Shown: positions 1 to 12,859 of the stretch, piece after piece | Numbering within the stretch: position 1 is the stretch's first letter | Layout: each line of letters opens with the position of its first letter | Program-made: the position numbers and the translations under genes | Assembly (NCBI RefSeq): GCF_016433145.1 | Contig: NC_058135.1 | Span: 196,989,182 to 197,053,181 of the forward strand | Origin: Gracilinanus agilis | Lineage: Eukaryota | DNA length: 64,000 nucleotides | Direction of reading: 5' to 3' | Notes under the pieces: model-generated | Seen by the model: only the letters and a program-made list of their open reading frames with translations | What the model was told of the DNA's origin: nothing | Database searches by the model: none

Positions 1-549
1 AAATATGTACATTTCAATGATTTTTTAGATTATTATCTTTAACCTTAGAAGAGCTTGTTATTAGTGTAAAAGTTTTATGATTTCATATAGAGAGATTTAT
101 AGCCCTTTTTAAACCCCTCAAATTAATCAACAAGAATCTTCCATGCATCCATCACTATTCTAGGTTCAAGGGGATAAAAATGAAAGAGTCTTTGTCCTTC
201 AAAAGTTTATGTTCAAGAGGGAGAGACATGTCAGTGGATAAGTACATATAAAACACTTAGACTACCTCATAAATTATATGGTGCTTTCATTACATCTGTG
301 GGGGAATATTCCAAGACTGACTTGATATTTAACTTTGGAATGTATGAATGGTGTGTGCACATTCACTATGATGATCACATACTCATTCACTTGCCTTTTC
401 TTCCCCCACCCCATGACCATGCCTTCCTTCCTTCCTTCCTCCTGCTGTGTCTTTACTGATATTGCCATGGGGTATCGCTGAGGCCAGTGGAGAAGGGAGA
501 CCTTAGGTTGTCCTTGATTATAATAATACATCATATGAAGTATTTTACA

Positions 550-625
550 ATCATAGATTTAGAGCTGAAATGGACTTCAGAGACCAGCTAGTCCAAACCC
601 CTCATTTTATAAATCAGAAGACTAA
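550..625 (-). mobile_element. MIR-family core-SINE fragment
   Basis: tcatagatttagagctgaaatggacttcagagaccagctagtccaaacccctcattttat resembles the reverse-complement MIR motif. Boundaries approximate. Confidence 0.5.
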
Positions 626-3600
626 AAAGTACAGCAACATGCAGCTGCTTCTTAGATACTGGAGCCTAAGCTTTATTTCCCCAGAATAGTAGTTTGTTTC
701 TCAGGGGTCTGCCAGTGATAGCAAAGAAGGTTAGTGATGTGTTCCTCATTAGTGAATATATGCATTCTCATGACTCCAGATAACAAGTCCCTCATTATTT
801 GTTCAGGGTAGCATTCACATTAAAACCTAATGTTCTTCATAATTTGTACAAGCTAGATTTTTTTTCTATCAAAATAAAAAATTCCAAAATTATTTAGGCT
901 AAATTTTTAGTACTGATATTTTAAACATAATAACTTCTGATTTCCCTTGAGATTAAAATTTGGGCTAAATCGAGTTGTCTTGGTAGAAAATGAGTCTTGG
1001 ATACATTTATAGAAGTTGTTATAAAATTTGATTTACTTAAGTCACTTGAAGTTCAGAAAAGAGACCCAGTGGCAAAAAAGCACATGTTTGAGAGAAGGTA
1101 ATTCATTACTGCTTGCCTGAAGACATTAAGGAGGAGGACAGATAGTTGTGGAGTAGTGGACATGAATTATGGCCACAAATAGTTCTTCTTGTATGATTTT
1201 ATAGTAGCAGTGAAATGGAAAAAGTTTAGTAGATTTTAGAACACAATGTTTTCATTTTTTTAAAGATTTTCTTTGTAGATTGCCATTTAAATGTGCTTGA
1301 TACAAGAAATACCTTATGAGTTAAGTTTGTTTTTTTTTTTAAACAGGAAAGAGATTACAGAAAATAGAATTTTTATAATTTTTAAACCTTTCTTTGGTTC
1401 ACAGTTTTAAAAAATGAATATTGATGACAGCAATTTCTATAAATAATATTTAAAATAGGATCCTCCCGTTCCACCCCTACCATACTCTTTGTTTTGTTTG
1501 TCCCCTCCCCCCATATTTAGAAATTTACTGTGCGCATTCCCCAACCCCTACATAATCAAATGAGATGAACCTAAAGGGCTGTCCTTCCTCATGCAGCCTG
1601 AAGTTGTGGATTACCTGGGGAAATTTTCTCTCTTTGTTGTAAGTGGTAGGGAATAAGAATATTTCAAGTGGACAGGGACTGTAAAGAACAATCAATAAAC
1701 ATGTGTTAAACAATATGTTGTTGGTTGCCAGGCATGTTAAAAAAAAAAAAAAAGCAAATTAGTTCTTGCCCTAAAGGCAGTTCTGTATGATAAATAAAAA
1801 CAACATAAGCACAGATACATAGAAAAACAGTATATATGTTACATAGATATAGCACCCATTATCCTTTATTTATTTTTTTAAATCTCTGCCAAGATTCAAC
1901 CATTCCAGGGCTTACCACAGTGACTGGTACTTAATAAATATTTTTATTTATTCTTTTTACTAATTGATTACACTCATTGGAGATGTTTCTTTTCAGATTG
2001 TGTGGCCAAATGGCTAAAACTTATTTTCTCAAAGTTTTAGGGATAAACCTGTTGAAGAAATACATAATTAGTACTGTTGTATACTTAGCTCCATCAGTTT
2101 ACTTTTCATTTAATAAGTCAATCAGATTAACTATGTTAATCTTCAAAACATTCACTAAATATTAGGTAAATCAAGAATAACAATATGTCTCTCCCCTATA
2201 AAGTGGAGGCACACCTTCCTATGGATGTACTCTGTGTTCATAGAGAGAGAATGAGCACAAATTTACAAAACTATAGCAAACAAGAACATATTTAGAGGAT
2301 ATATACACATTTAACTGTAAGCCTTGTTTTCCTTTTTCTTGGCAATAGACAGCTCACCAACTCTTGTTTTGGGTGACCTCTCTATTATAAACTGTCATGC
2401 TGGGCTGTTTTAATTGGTTTATGAGATAGTGTTATTCTATTCCAAAAAAAGAAAAGACCTTAAGTGCCTAGAATCAACAGACCTTCTCCAAGTCTCTTCT
2501 CTTGGCTGTGCTTTTAGAGATTTCCATTTCACTAACAGTAGGTTGGCAGAGCAGGGAATATATAAAACAAAAGTTTGCCTTTCTTTCATCAACTAAAAAA
2601 AAAAAAAAGCAAGTAATGATAGCCCAAGCTCTGAGGTCTCTTACTAGTCCTGAACAAAAGATCAGCTCTTAGTTTGGAGCTATTTTGTGAGAAGCTTAGC
2701 TCAACTCTACCCTAGTAATGTAAAGCAGGTTTTCTTGAGTGATATGATTTAACCCTATTTTGTGGTGATAAGCTAAAATACCTATCAGCATTCTATAACT
2801 TAACCAGATAATATACATGTGTCCAATAATAATCACACAGGTCTGAAGACTGGTTTCCTAGCTATGAGCAACAAAATCCTCATGTCATTCATATATAAGA
2901 TGCTGGGAAAAAGGACACATTCAACATTTTTAACTTGAATTTCTTTTTTTTTTGTGCTTATGCTTTTTTTCATTGTTCTCACAGCGTTATCTATTTCTAT
3001 GCTCCTTTCCATAGCAAAACTGTACATATCTGAAAGGGCTGCACTTAATAATCTATAATCTATCTGCATTTTGTTGATAAAAAAGCTGAAATTCAGAGAA
3101 AATAACTCTTTGGAAAGTAACCCTTTCCCAATATAGCTAGTTATTGGAATTGTCTATTAAATTACATGCCCTCTGATAGTCCATTCAGTACTTACTTTGT
3201 GTCAGGGATTGTGTTTAGCACTGGTAAATAACCCTTTTATTATCTACCCTATTTATCAGAGATCAGCCCATTATTCCTCAGAAATCTCCATCTCTGTCTA
3301 TTATTTTCTATGTGATAGTACAAATAACTTGCATCTTACATTTGTTTACATTTATTCGTATGCAGACACTATTTTTTGGTAAACTTGCAGACAAAGTATT
3401 AGATATAGACATGGTTGGTAATTAATAATTCTTATTTGAAGAAAGTAAAGGGAGGGCAGAAATAAGATTAGATTGAAAAGGATATATTTATTTATAGTTC
3501 AGAAATCCCTGATCCAGTAAAACCAATTATCAGAGCAATGGAAACTGCTCTTGATTGAAAACAAGAGCCAATTTTGCTGAAAATCATCCATTTAATGTTT

Positions 3601-6246
3601 GAAAAGAAGGAGTTTAACTTCTTTGAACAGGAGAGGTTAAGGTCTTTTGGGAGGTGAGGAAAAGGAGACTATCTTTCCCCTGCCCCTCTCTTGAATATTC
3701 TCAGGACAATGGAACTCAAGCCTGCTTGTCCCTGGAGAATTGGCTTCAATGACATTTTAGCCACTTTCCTTGCTGTGTGGTGCTGAAGGATGTGGGTGTA
3801 TATATCTGGATCACAGACACTTTAGCCTCATGTTCTTGTATCTGTAACTCTTCCCAAAGTTTTCATGGTAACAAAAATAGAAATTCTGTCCCAGAAGACA
3901 TAGGACCACTCTTTACCTGTAATTCAGTATTAACTTACTGAAAAATGGTTTTTCATAGCTCTCAACAGTTTGTAAGAACCAGTCGGCATGCTTTCACTGA
4001 GAGAAAACAGTGAATGCTTTAGTTGTGTCAGGAAGAAGGAGAGAAGCAAACTTGGTAATTACTCCAGATGCAATTTTCACCTTCAAACATATTTTTAAAA
4101 TATCATCCATTGCTGGAAAACTTTTGTTTTCTGTTCCTTTTATTACCAGCCATAGCAAAGCCATTCTTTTCCTTGCATTGGCTTGGAAGAAGACATCAAA
4201 TTAATATTGTAGTCAATGAAAGCAATGAATAAGGACATTAAATGAAAAGTATTAAGATACAGAAATGTCTTTTAGGCAACTTAGCAACCTCATTACAAGT
4301 TTGTGACTTAGCAGATATTATACCCTTCTACTACCTCCATCATGGAAATAATTGCTAAGCCCTGGAAGCAGGAATATAAACATGTAGATATATGCCAGGA
4401 AGGGGTGATGTATTTATTTTTAGATTTTTATTGGAATCTGCTTGTGAAGGACTTGAGTGGCAAATGTTTGAGCATGATGAAAGTATTATTGTTAGTAATA
4501 TATGGAGCAGAAAGAGCATGGCAAAGGCCAGACATCATAGCAGAGTCCACTGAAGTTTTGAAGCCTCACTCATTGTTGGTGGATGATAATTGTAATATGA
4601 GTAAGAAGATCTGGTTTGTGTAAGAAGGTATTTGGAAAATTATTGAACATAAATATACTGTTCATTTTCCAGAGTAGGTAACTTATACCTGAATCAGAGG
4701 ATATACTGCTACTAAACTTTGTGCATCATTTGTTCTACTAGTATTTTGTTCCTTGTACCAAATCTCCTGGGTCATATTGATCCTTTAAGTCAGGAAGTTA
4801 TATTAAAGATCTATGATGTTTGAAGTGCTTCATAAGTAGATAACAGGAAAATAGTACCAGAGATGCAGAACCAGAAGGACCTTATTAGTTATGTATTTCA
4901 AATTCTTCATTTCATGGATGAGGAAAATTAGGCCCAAATAGGTTAAGCTATTTGTTTAAGGTCATATAGATTTGCTAATGGTAGAGTTTGATTTTAAATT
5001 TATTCTGGGAATTTTTATTATGAATTAACTGATATAAAAGTTTTGATTTTTAGAATTAAACATCGGGTTATACAAGTAAGTATTTTTTAAAAGTAATTTT
5101 ATTTGGCTTGGTTGCACCATTCTGTTGCTTCCTTCACATAATATGTCATTAAACACAATGATTAAGAAAGAAACAGTATCTTCTGCTTCCCCAAAAGATA
5201 TCATGATGTCAGGATTTTTGTTCTTAGATCCAATTTATATATGCTATGCTATTTTGTTTTTAAATGATCCCTTACTTGAAAAAAAGGGTCATATGAATTG
5301 TGGTCTTTCTGCTTTTACAGATAAAAATGTTTGACCCAAAGGGAACAATAGTACTACTTTTAAGTGAAGTAGAAGTATAAAATTAATATTTTATTTTAAA
5401 AATCATGAGATAGATTTATAAATGAGTAAACAATGACCTGAAAATTGTTTGAAACAAACCATCCTTCTATTATGTATCCATTGTAAGAAGAAAGTCTATC
5501 ATCTTGTTTTGATTTTATTAAGAAATGGAGGTATTTTGAATAGCTAAAGGAGAAATGAAGAAGCAAACAAGCTTGGGAGGGAAAGGAGTCAGTTATAACT
5601 TAAAAAAGATTTCTCTTTTTTTCTAGACACTTTCCAAATGTTGTTAGATTTGTGACTAGAAACCTTGCTTGCTTGCTTTGTATATGCCTTTTTCTGAGAC
5701 TGGTTTCTTTTAAGATTCAGTTCAACTTCTACCTTTTGCTCCACACTTTCTCTCTTTCTCCCACTCCCCTCATGCTTCTAATGCCTGCCACCTTACCTGG
5801 CAAAATTACATCTATCTGTTTTGTATATAGCGATACGTGTATAGCTTATCTCTACTTTTAGAATCTGAGCTCCTTGTTGATGAGATTGTTCTGTGTCCAC
5901 TTCTGTCTTTTTCTCTATGTGCTAGATAGTATAGTACCTCTCCCCCAGCAGGCAGTTAATGAATGTTAGGATAAAACTACATAGTTAATGTCTACTTTTG
6001 ACAAATATTTATGGCTTAATAGATAACAAAATTAGTGATTTTTAAAATGCATACACTTTTGTTTGGCTTTTAAAAAGGGAGTTCAGAAGATTAAGTAGTT
6101 ACTAGTTTCTTGTTAGCCCTCAAAATGGGCATAGATAGATTGAGGGTACCCGACCAGTATCCCTAGACCTGGGAACCAGAGATAAAACTAAGTGAGATAT
6201 AAAACACATGAGAATAAGCCATCTTCTGAAACTCCCTGGAAGTCAG

Positions 6247-7363
6247 TGTTGTGGGGGACTTGAGGTGAACCCCCAGGGTTTGAGAAGAGTACCTTTTGCA
6301 AGGATAAAAGACTCTGAAACTTAGTTTAAAAATAAAAAGAGAAATGTATTAATTTACAAGGTAATGTTAAATCTGGTCAGGAAGACTGCCTCCTAGGGGT
6401 AATAGCACAGATGGAAAGCTGCTCTCCCCATGACATGATTTTTGTGGTCTTTATACTCTTTACAACAGTGAAGACATGACTTTGTGCCATGCTGAAGATG
6501 TGACTCTAGAGTGGTATGGCCTGAGGCATGGGCAGGGGAGTTTGGTCATCTGACCTCAGTCTGCCTGAAGACATAGACCCTCTTAGTTTAGGGGACTTGA
6601 CAGGTAGAAGTCTTAGATACAACCAGATGGTATTGACATGGGCATTGTGCAGAGATGGCAGAGACCCTGTACCCCTTAACTCAGGCTGTGAACAGGGAAA
6701 TTCCCTTTCCCCTTCCCGCCTTGTGACTCTGGAGGCAAAGACCATTGTCCATGGAATTCCTTTAAGTTGAGATAGATAAAGAAATACACCTCCTCCATAA
6801 CATCAAGTTGTATATCTCAGAAGTCCATCTATCCCCTAAACTATGAGGGTCATGCCCTATGTCTCCAGGCAGACCCGGATCAGATGACCAACACCCCCCC
6901 CACACACCGAATACCTGAGTGTTTACCACTCTAGAATCACATGCTCATCATGACACAACATCACGTCCCCACAATTGTAAAAAGTATATAATCCCCAGGA
7001 TTGAGGGATTTGGGGAGAGCCTCCGATGGCTGCTCCACTCATGCTGTCTTGCTGGCCATTAATCCTATCTTACTAATAAATCTTTCTTTTTTACTTTTTA
7101 AACCAAGTTTGGAATCCTCTCATTCTTGAGAATAGTTTCCTTCCCGAACCCAGGGGTTCACCAATTTGTACCCCTATAGCAGTATCAAGGCATAGCCTGG
7201 AGGCATATCGCTCTGTCCATCTAAAGGAGGATCAGGGTCTTATAGAAGTTCTCAGATGTTTCTGGGTTTAGAGTCACAAGGATAGAAGGGAGCAAAAGAC
7301 ATTTCCTTGCTTATAGTTTGCCTGCAACATTTCTACAGTTTTGGGGATATAGTGCCCCTGCCA
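6247..7363 (-). mobile_element. ERV solo LTR, family A (outer copy, interrupted by an inner LTR at 6634-7181)
   Basis: Begins TG (6247) and ends CA (7363), flanked by TCAG/TCAC (imperfect 4-bp TSD). Both halves (6247-6633, 7182-7363) are colinear with the LTR at 12073-12589. Confidence 0.85.
6634..7181 (+). mobile_element. ERV solo LTR, family A (inner copy)
   Basis: TG...CA termini with an exact 4-bp TSD GTAT (6630-6633, 7182-7185). TATA-like gtatataa at ~6984 and AATAAA at ~7074. Reverse-complement homologous to 12073-12589 and to the outer LTR. No TGG primer-binding site follows, so it is a solo LTR. Confidence 0.9.
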
Positions 7364-7518
7364 TCACTATTCCTAGGAAGGTTGAGTATCTTCAGTCAAG
7401 TGAATAGCCTGTGATCAAGCCATATAGAGATACTACAGATCTCAGCAAGAAAAGATGGTCTGAATCAAGCCAGCTGCCTGACAGCTACCAGGAGGGCACA
7501 GGATCAAAAGGTGGGCAG

Positions 7519-8094
7519 TGCCAACCTGGAAAAACAACACAGAACTACTAAAGTTGTCAGTAAAACCACGTCCTTAATCAGGAAAGAGATAGTGTTCAAT
7601 ATTCGGTGACCACACAGAGTCAAGCACCTAAAAACCACACAGAGCCAAGGGCTCCGGGACTCTGGGAATAGTATCTCTGTGAGAATCACCATGCGAGATG
7701 ATTTTCCAAAAATCAATAAAACATAGGGATCTTATATGCCTTTTGGGGAACTCTTACATCAAACCTACACTGACAAGTTGTAAGCAGGTTTGGGAAAGAG
7801 GCTGTAGCCGGAGGCTGGGGTATCAGGAAATAGTCTACTACAAATGGATACTAAAAGGATAATTCCTATATAGGTGTTAGTCTTCTTGGGAACAGATCTC
7901 TGATAGGGTGGAGGAAACTTCTAGGACAAAAAGAGTACTTAACATTTGACTGCATCTACTACTTGCTCCTAAACTGAGATCTAAGTACTTTAAGGTCTAT
8001 TTTTCAGTCTGAAACTGGTCAGTGTGGAACTTCAATTGGGGTGAATTATTAGGGAACAGGGGCAAAACTGGGGTTCCCAAGAACTCAGTTGACA
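7519..8094 (-). mobile_element. ERV solo LTR, family B
   Basis: TG...CA termini with an exact TSD GCAG (7515-7518, 8095-8098). Its reverse complement aligns with 20973-21538, e.g. the shared gaatattgaacactatctctttcctgattaa and tgacaactttagtagttctgtgtt. Confidence 0.9.
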
Positions 8095-11000
8095 GCAGCT
8101 ATTCAAAAACCAGAGAAAGGGTGGGACCAAACATTCCAGAGAATAGGCAGATGGTACCTACTGTTGAAATCTATTTATCATCTCCAGATAGTCTGATAAT
8201 GACAGCTTAGTTGATAAGAAAGTAATGGGATACTGGACATCTTTCTGTTAGCTCATGGCTGCTGCTTAGAAGTGCCATTGAGTCACAAGTTTATTATATA
8301 TGAACATTCAAAATCCCTTTCACCCAAAAGCACAGGGGAAGTTTTATGGCTGTGCAGACATTGCAATTAGTTTAGACAACACAAAGAAACCTCAGAAATT
8401 TCAAGGTGAAGATAAAGAGTACAAGGTTGGATTGTAGCTGCCTCATCATCAGTAAGCTAAGTCTGGAATACTTTTCTCAGGGATGAATAGCCCCTCCTGG
8501 AGGAATTTTTTGACCTTGAATGTTTGAACTACTTTTGAAACAAAAATAGTTGTATTTCTGACCAAAGGGGAGAATGTTAACTAACCTCTTGACTATTGGT
8601 TTGCTAGGAACTTAAAGTTTTCTAATAAGACTATAATGTTTTTCAAAAAGAAAAGGTGTGGATCATAAAAGGGCTCAAAAGAGGAGTCTCAGATTTTTAT
8701 CTATTTGAGATGCTATTTCTCTTATTGGCCTCCCACAGACAAAAAGAGGATATTGAGGCAACATTCTCCTATAGTCAAGGCAGCATCTTACTACACTGGC
8801 ATATGACGATACTACCTTTTGAACTCAGTGAAAGGATTCACTCAGACATTTTAATTAACTTGTTGAATTCACTAATCTGAATTCATATTTTACTGGTGTT
8901 TTCAAAACTTTAATCTTTAGACACAGACTGTTCTCCCTTCTTGAGAATACACCTTCTTCCCAGGTGAAATGGGCTAACTTATTTGCAAAAGGGCTTGTTT
9001 ATGAATGTGAGCTATAACAACATTGTTCCAGATAATTGAATTCAGGGGAATAGAATGTAGCCAAAACATTCTATTCAAATCCTCAGTGGACAGACTGATT
9101 CTTTCTTTAATCTTGTATATTGTATCATTGAATAGTCAGTAACTTCTTTCTTTGAACTTTTACTTCCTTCTTATAATTAAAAATGCATTAGAACTCTGAA
9201 AAATCATCTATTGTCAAGCACTTCAAAGTCCAATTCTTTTTTCTAACATTAGGCAATCTGCTTTAAATCCATTTTGAATTTCTATGCTTTTTAATACAAT
9301 ATTCAATTCTATTCTGAGAACCAAGTGAATGTTGGGCTTCAAAATGAAAGAATTCAATTCAAGCACTTCTTACTTTTTCAACACTTACAGGTGCAGAAGG
9401 TAGTTCCTCCAAACCCTGTTCTTTTATGGCTATTTTTCTTTTAGAACATCTTGACCCCAGAGTGCTGCTTCTGTAGCATTTCCATCTCTCTGAGTTCCTC
9501 CATTTCAATGAAATCATTGATTTTTTTTCCGTGGTAGGGTGATCAGTTGTTACTTCTTAAATTTGTATTTTTTTTTACTCTGGTAGTTTAACATCCATTG
9601 ATTAAACTTATTTTCATATTTTATAAGAAGAAAATTCAGTAAGTATTTGCTAAATTGAAGGAAAACTCTTCTATTCTAGTGCCAGTTGCTGGGAAAATGG
9701 CTTAGCCATTAAATTAGCATTTACTCTAATGAAAGTCAGACCTGTGTAATTACTCCAGGATAATTACCCTCATCTGAAAATTTGCTACATTTCTTTTTTT
9801 AACATCAAATGATCCAAATTCTTCTTCTACTGTGAGTTAGAAAATGTTTCCCTCCTTATGTAAAATAGATGCATCAAGTTTCTTAGACAAAATGCTTTCT
9901 ACAGCAATATAATTGATTTAACATATTGTGTCTGCTGTGAAGTAAGGTACAATAGAGGAAATGATGCTGTTACTCACTCTGCGGATTTAACCCCTACTAT
10001 GAAATGAATTCTGTGACTCCTCCATTATAGTGAATTTCTATTAATGCTAAATTTCAAAGAAAAAAATAAGAACATTTATATTTTTCTTGTTCCATGTGAT
10101 ACTCTTTGACCATAGTAAGTATTTATGTGTATGTGTCTCATTGAATTGAATACTAGAATTCATGAAGGGTCTTTGTTTTATTGGAATTGATTCTTTTGAA
10201 TCTGGTAAAGATGGATTTTTATTTATAATAGTGGGCAGAAGATATTCATAGCTAATCCCTTAAACCAAAACAATGTCCTCCTGTGGTTGAATGGTTTGGA
10301 AGCTTGTCTTACTACTCAGTAAATTAACAAGTATCTCTTGGGCACATCAGTGTACCCAACATGGTGTTCTGAATAATATCTAAAAATTACAACAACAACA
10401 ACAAAAGGATCAACAAAATCTTTACCTTCAAGGGGCTTAAACTCTGATTTATGGAGTCCAGATTAATCAATGTGACATATAGAACATATAATTGATTACT
10501 GAATTTTTGTGATACAAACTCTGAGCTCTCTAAGGCATTTAGAGAAGGGCAAGATCAAAGAGGGTTTAGGCTATGTGCTGAGTACAATTAAGTACAATTA
10601 AGGACTCGGTGTACTTTGGTACAGTTTCAACTGAAAAATTCAGATATTCCAACTCTGCAAATCCTTTTTTTTTAGATTGTGTTTTTTTTTTCAGTTACAC
10701 ATAGAAATACTTTTTGACTGTTGTTTTCTGACATTTTGGGATCCAGATATTCTCCCTCTCCTCACCAACTACTGAGGTGAAGTAGTCTGATATAGGTTAT
10801 ACCTGTGCTTTCATTCTGTAGAGCCTTTTGAATAGCAAGGATTTAAATAAACAGTGTAATTGCTTTGCAATAAAGAATTGCATACAAGCTGGGCAAATGT
10901 CCATAAAGGTAAATAAGGAACTCCAGGAAATGTAGGAAAAATGCACTAAGCAAATTGGCATGTGTAGATAGAATGAATGAACACTCTCATATACATTTCA

Positions 11001-12072
11001 TATTCTACTTCTGTAGTCCCTAAGGGTTGTTTTTCTGTTTCTCTACCTTGAAGGGTCACATAGATTATCAGTCCAGTTTTAGATGTCTCTATTCTCCATT
11101 GGCTGACTGAATTCACTCAGCTGTCATTGATTATCTGTGCCAAGTACTATTCATTTGGAACTTTCTATTGATCTGTTTACAACATACTCTTAAATTCTAA
11201 TAAAAGTGTCTGAGAAAATTTTCACGGGGTTTCTGTGAATCATGTTTTGTAATGTTTAAAATGATGAAAAAATGCCAATTTTGTTTCTATTCTCATATTT
11301 ATTTTAGCATAATACTCACTCCACCCAAATTCTATATCTTCTTACCTTTGCTTTTTTTTAGTTGACTTCTTAATTATATCATGTTTTATAACTGTCAAAG
11401 TAAACATCATGTCAAGCAAAAAAACTTCCATGGCTACCTACTTTTCATGCTTCCTAATATATTGGACCATGTGAAATACTGCATTTCTCATTCTGGATCT
11501 TACTTGTACAGAATCACTTCTAAAAGCAGAATATAATATTAATTTTTTGAGTATTTCTGTTTCTCATTGGAAATATTAAAATATACTCAGAGGTATTCAT
11601 GGTTCAGTGAACAATGTAAATGCAAAAAAAAAAAACCAAACAAAACACCAAGTGATAAATACAATGACCAACCTCAGTGGAGTCAAGATAGATTTGGAAT
11701 ATTATATATTTTCAGTCACTTGATATGTTGGTTAGTTTTGCTAAACTGTTTCTGGGCTCTTTGTTATTTGTACTTCTTTTTTAAAGAGATGCCTTTTTGT
11801 TCAAGACAAAGGAGAGAGAGATATTTGGAAATGGAGGAAATATAAATTTGAAATATTTCAATCAAAAATTTAAATTTAAAATACATTTTCTTTTGTGGAA
11901 GTAATTAATGTTAGTAAGAATTATTTTTATGTGATTTTTAAAAATTAAAAATGTGTTTTCTTTCCCTCCCACCTACCAGAAATACCTTTTTAATAAGTAT
12001 GAGTAAACAAGAAGACAAATACCCATATTGGTCATTTCTAAAACACATCGGTTTCAATCTGTATCTTGAAAC

Positions 12073-12589
12073 TCTTATGGGGTGGGGGTGAACCCCTGGG
12101 GTTCTGGAAGGGTACCTTTTGCAAGAATGCAAGACTCCAAAGCTTAGCTTGAAAATAAAAAAAGAGAAATTTGTTAATTTGGAAAGTAATGCTGAATCTG
12201 GCCAGGAGGGTAGTATAGGTGGAACAGCAAGACGAAAAGCTGCTCCCAGAACCCATCAATTCTGGAGATTATATACTTTTTCCAACAGTGGAGCTGTGAT
12301 GTTGTGTCATGGTGAGGACATGATTCTAGAATGGTAAACACTTAGGCATTCAGTGATTTAGGAGACAGATGGATATCTGAGATGTAGCCCAGTGATTTCT
12401 AGGTATAGCTTGAAGGTGCATCTCTGTGTCCATCTCAAATCTAAAGGACAGTCCAAGGATGATAATAATCTCAGGGTCTTATAGAAGTTACCTGATGGTA
12501 TTGGTTTAGGAGTCACAAGGACAGAAGGGAGCAAAGGAATTTCCCTGCTTACAATTTTCCTGAGTTTTGGGGTTACAATGCCCATGCCA
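12073..12589 (-). mobile_element. ERV solo LTR, family A (third copy)
   Basis: Colinear with 6247-7363. Ends tgcca, flanked by TSD AAAC (12069-12072, 12590-12593). Reverse TATA (tatatacttttt) at ~12270. Confidence 0.85.
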
Positions 12590-12859
12590 AAACCATTACT
12601 TCTCTGTGAGAATGTGGGTAGCCTGTTTCCTCCTCAGTCTTCTGGAATAGTATGGCTGGTCATTTTGTTGATCAGAGTTCTTAAGTTTTTCAGAATTGTT
12701 TGATTAAAATTTATTTTTGATAAATTGCCTGCTGTGCTTTAAACCTTTAAGAAGTCACCATTAACTTTTCTTCAAAGAGCTTTGCTAAAGTAATTTTGTT
12801 CAAATGTTGGTTTTTAAGAAATTAAAGGAATGATGGTGGAAAGCCTGACATTGCTTTTT

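Noticed and set aside
9978-10046. Minus-strand segment with a good acceptor and a gtgagt donor
   Set aside because: Stop codons in all three frames and no other support.
6247-12589. Possible provirus bounded by same-orientation LTRs at 6247-7363 and 12073-12589
   Set aside because: Each LTR has its own TSD, no primer-binding site or polypurine tract is evident, and there is no gag/pol/env-like ORF in between. They are independent solo LTRs.
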